Assembly (NCBI GenBank): GCA_964016885.1
Contig: OZ024740.1
Span: forward strand, 28,954,001 to 29,018,000
DNA length: 64,000 bases
Direction: 5' to 3'
Source of the DNA: Eledone cirrhosa
Taxonomy: Eukaryota
In this document: one piece after another, positions 61,945 through 64,000 of the stretch
Layout of the letters: the number at the start of each line of letters is the position of its first letter
Numbering within the stretch: the stretch's first letter is position 1
The notes under the pieces: generated by a model
What the model saw: only the letters and a program-made list of their open reading frames with translations
Told to the model about the DNA's origin: nothing
The model's database searches: none
Made by a program: the position numbers and the translations under genes

Positions 61945-64000
61945 CGCTCGACTCAGGCGGCTCCGGAAGATCCAACTCAGGATCCCGAGGGCGGCACGGG
62001 TGCCGGTAGCCGATGCCTTCGCTTCCTCGATTGAGAGCGCCCTGGTCTCCAATCGAGCCAGTGACTGCGAGCGGCTGTTCTATTTCGCCCCACTCGCCTT
62101 CGGCCTCCCCAGCTCTGGCGCTGACCGGGGCGGCCAGTCAACAGCAACCATCGTCAAGGCCAATCTCTCGTCATTTGGGCGAGCGCCCATTCCAAGCGTA
62201 CCCAGGGATTCCACACACCCCACCCTCAGGTACCCTCTATCCTCCACCCCCGAGGCCAGCGCCAAGCGTTTGAGTGACCAGGTAAACGCAAAGCTTATCA
62301 TGGGTGATGTCTCGGCCGCACGCAGTCAGAGTTGTTGCCTCAGAGGACACTGTCCTCCAACCCACCGAGGAGATCTTGGCTGTTCTGCGGCTCAAACACC
62401 CTGAACCACCCACTGATCTCAGACCCATACCCCCACCCGACCCCCACCTGATCCTTGTGGCTACTGATGCAGATATCATGTCCGCCATCAGGTCCTTCCC
62501 ATCTAGCAGCTGCGGAGGTGTTGATGGTCTCCGACCAGGCCACCTCAAGGAGTTGACATCCCCCCTCTCCGCTGAGGCCGGGCGCCGCCTTCTGAGTGCA
62601 TTTGTGGCGCTCACCAATAGGCTCATTCATGGTGCCCTCGACCCTTACGCCCGAGGCCTCTTTTTTTCGGCTAGCCTCACCGCTCCCAGGAAGAAAGAGG
62701 GTGGCATACGGCCCATTGCTGTGGGCAATGTCTTCCGGAGGCTGGCTGCCAAGGTGATCTGCAAGTCCGTCACACACGAACTGGATGAGGAGTTTAGTCC
62801 GGTGCAACTGGGTGTCGGCGTGTCCGGTGGCTGTGAGGGAGCCTCTCATGCAATTAGGCAGTTCTTCAGCATCTGCCCATCGGTACCGGCATCCAGGGAC
62901 TCCAGGCACCTCATTGTCAAGCTTGACATAAGGAATGCCTTTAACTCTTTACGCCGGGATCATCTGCTCGAGGCCTGCCTCAGCCGAGCCCCTTCTGCCT
63001 ACCCGCTGGCCTACCTGTCATATGGAGCCCCGAGCATGCTCCTGGCTGCTGATACGGTCATACCCTCGGCTACTGGGGTCCAACAGAGCGACCCTTTGGG
63101 ACCCCTCCTGTTCGCCCTTGGTATTGACCACATCGCCCGGAGTATCACGGCCCCTCTCAACGTTTTGTATCTGATGATGCTACGTTGGGCGGGCCCGTAC
63201 GAACGCTCTGCCAAGACCTTCAATCGGTGATCCCTGCCCTGGCGGGAATCGGCCTCCAGGTCAAGTCGGCCAAGTCGGAGGTGGTGAACGTCAGCCTCGA
63301 TGCTGAGAGACTTGCAGCCTCCGTCTTCGACGTGCGGTCCATTCTCCTCCAGTTTCAGGTGACCCCCAAAGAGGATGTCCTCATCCTCGGGTCACCGATC
63401 CACCCGCCGGCCACCGCTCCACCATTAGGTCCAGGCTTCAACTTCTCCAGACTCTAACGAGCCGACTGGGCTTGATTGACGTCCCCCCCAGCTCTCTTTC
63501 TGCTGAGGAACTGCTTTGCCATGCCGAAGCTCCTCTATACACTCCGCAGCGCTCCATGCTACACCCAGACATCTCTCCTCGCTGACCTCCATACGTGTAT
63601 CCGAGAATCAGCCGAGGGGATATGCAACGTCAAGTTTGACGACATAGGGTGGCAACAGGCCACTTTACCGGTCAGGTATGGCGGCCTAGGCCTCCGGTCC
63701 CCGATCTCACTAGCTTTTCTGGCGTAACTTTCGTCAGTAACCTCGTGCCGCGTCCTCGTCAACAGGGTTCTTCAAAACACAACAGAACCCTCTGTGTTCA
63801 GAGAACGTGAGGCCGCCTATGAGACGTGGGACCGGCTGTGCCTTAGCCCAGTAGACATCCCTCCTCCTTCGCCGCCTGTTGACGTCAAGTCCCCCAAAGC
63901 ACTTGGGATGCCATCCAGTGCAGCCTGGCCTCAGAAAGGCTCACGCGCCAGCTCGACCAGCACCGCCTTGCTTGTTTTCGTGCGGCCTCCAAACCCCACA
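61945..64000 (+). pseudogene. CRE-clade non-LTR retrotransposon RT (frameshifted, continues beyond the window)
   Basis: GGVDGLRPGHL, GGIRPIAVG..FRRL, QLGVG..GGCE, KLDIRNAFNSL.R, GVQQSDPLGPLLF, LPVRYGGLGL. Confidence 0.9.

Overview
Eukaryotic (metazoan) repeat-dense DNA with no supportable host gene. The SINE family, microsatellite load and LINE/Penelope mix suggest a cephalopod such as Octopus, but this is inference only. Almost every long ORF in the track is either a translation of simple repeats or a decayed retroelement. Contents: 24-, 16-, 45-, 60- and 66-bp minisatellites; about 10 tRNA-derived SINE copies; two near full-length and several truncated Tx1/L1-clade LINEs stacked in (GATA)n and (TTA)n tracts; R4/Dong-like, RTE and CRE LINE fragments; and several Penelope-like element (PLE) families carrying at least 12 minimal hammerhead ribozyme (HHR) motifs. 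Most notable: (1) in three divergent Tx1 copies the ORF1 stop lies inside a consensus GTAAGT splice donor, in the (GATA)-family copies the ORF2 stop is a TAG|G acceptor, and both full-length copies have a short 5'UTR intron-like segment plus hairpin, suggesting a splicing-controlled LINE; (2) a non-coding, HHR-bearing direct/inverted-repeat element at 26.2-28.5 kb predicts a ~1.3-kb self-cleaved RNA; (3) a ~95-copy minisatellite is made of the SINE's own A-box head. All motifs were read by eye and no searches were run.
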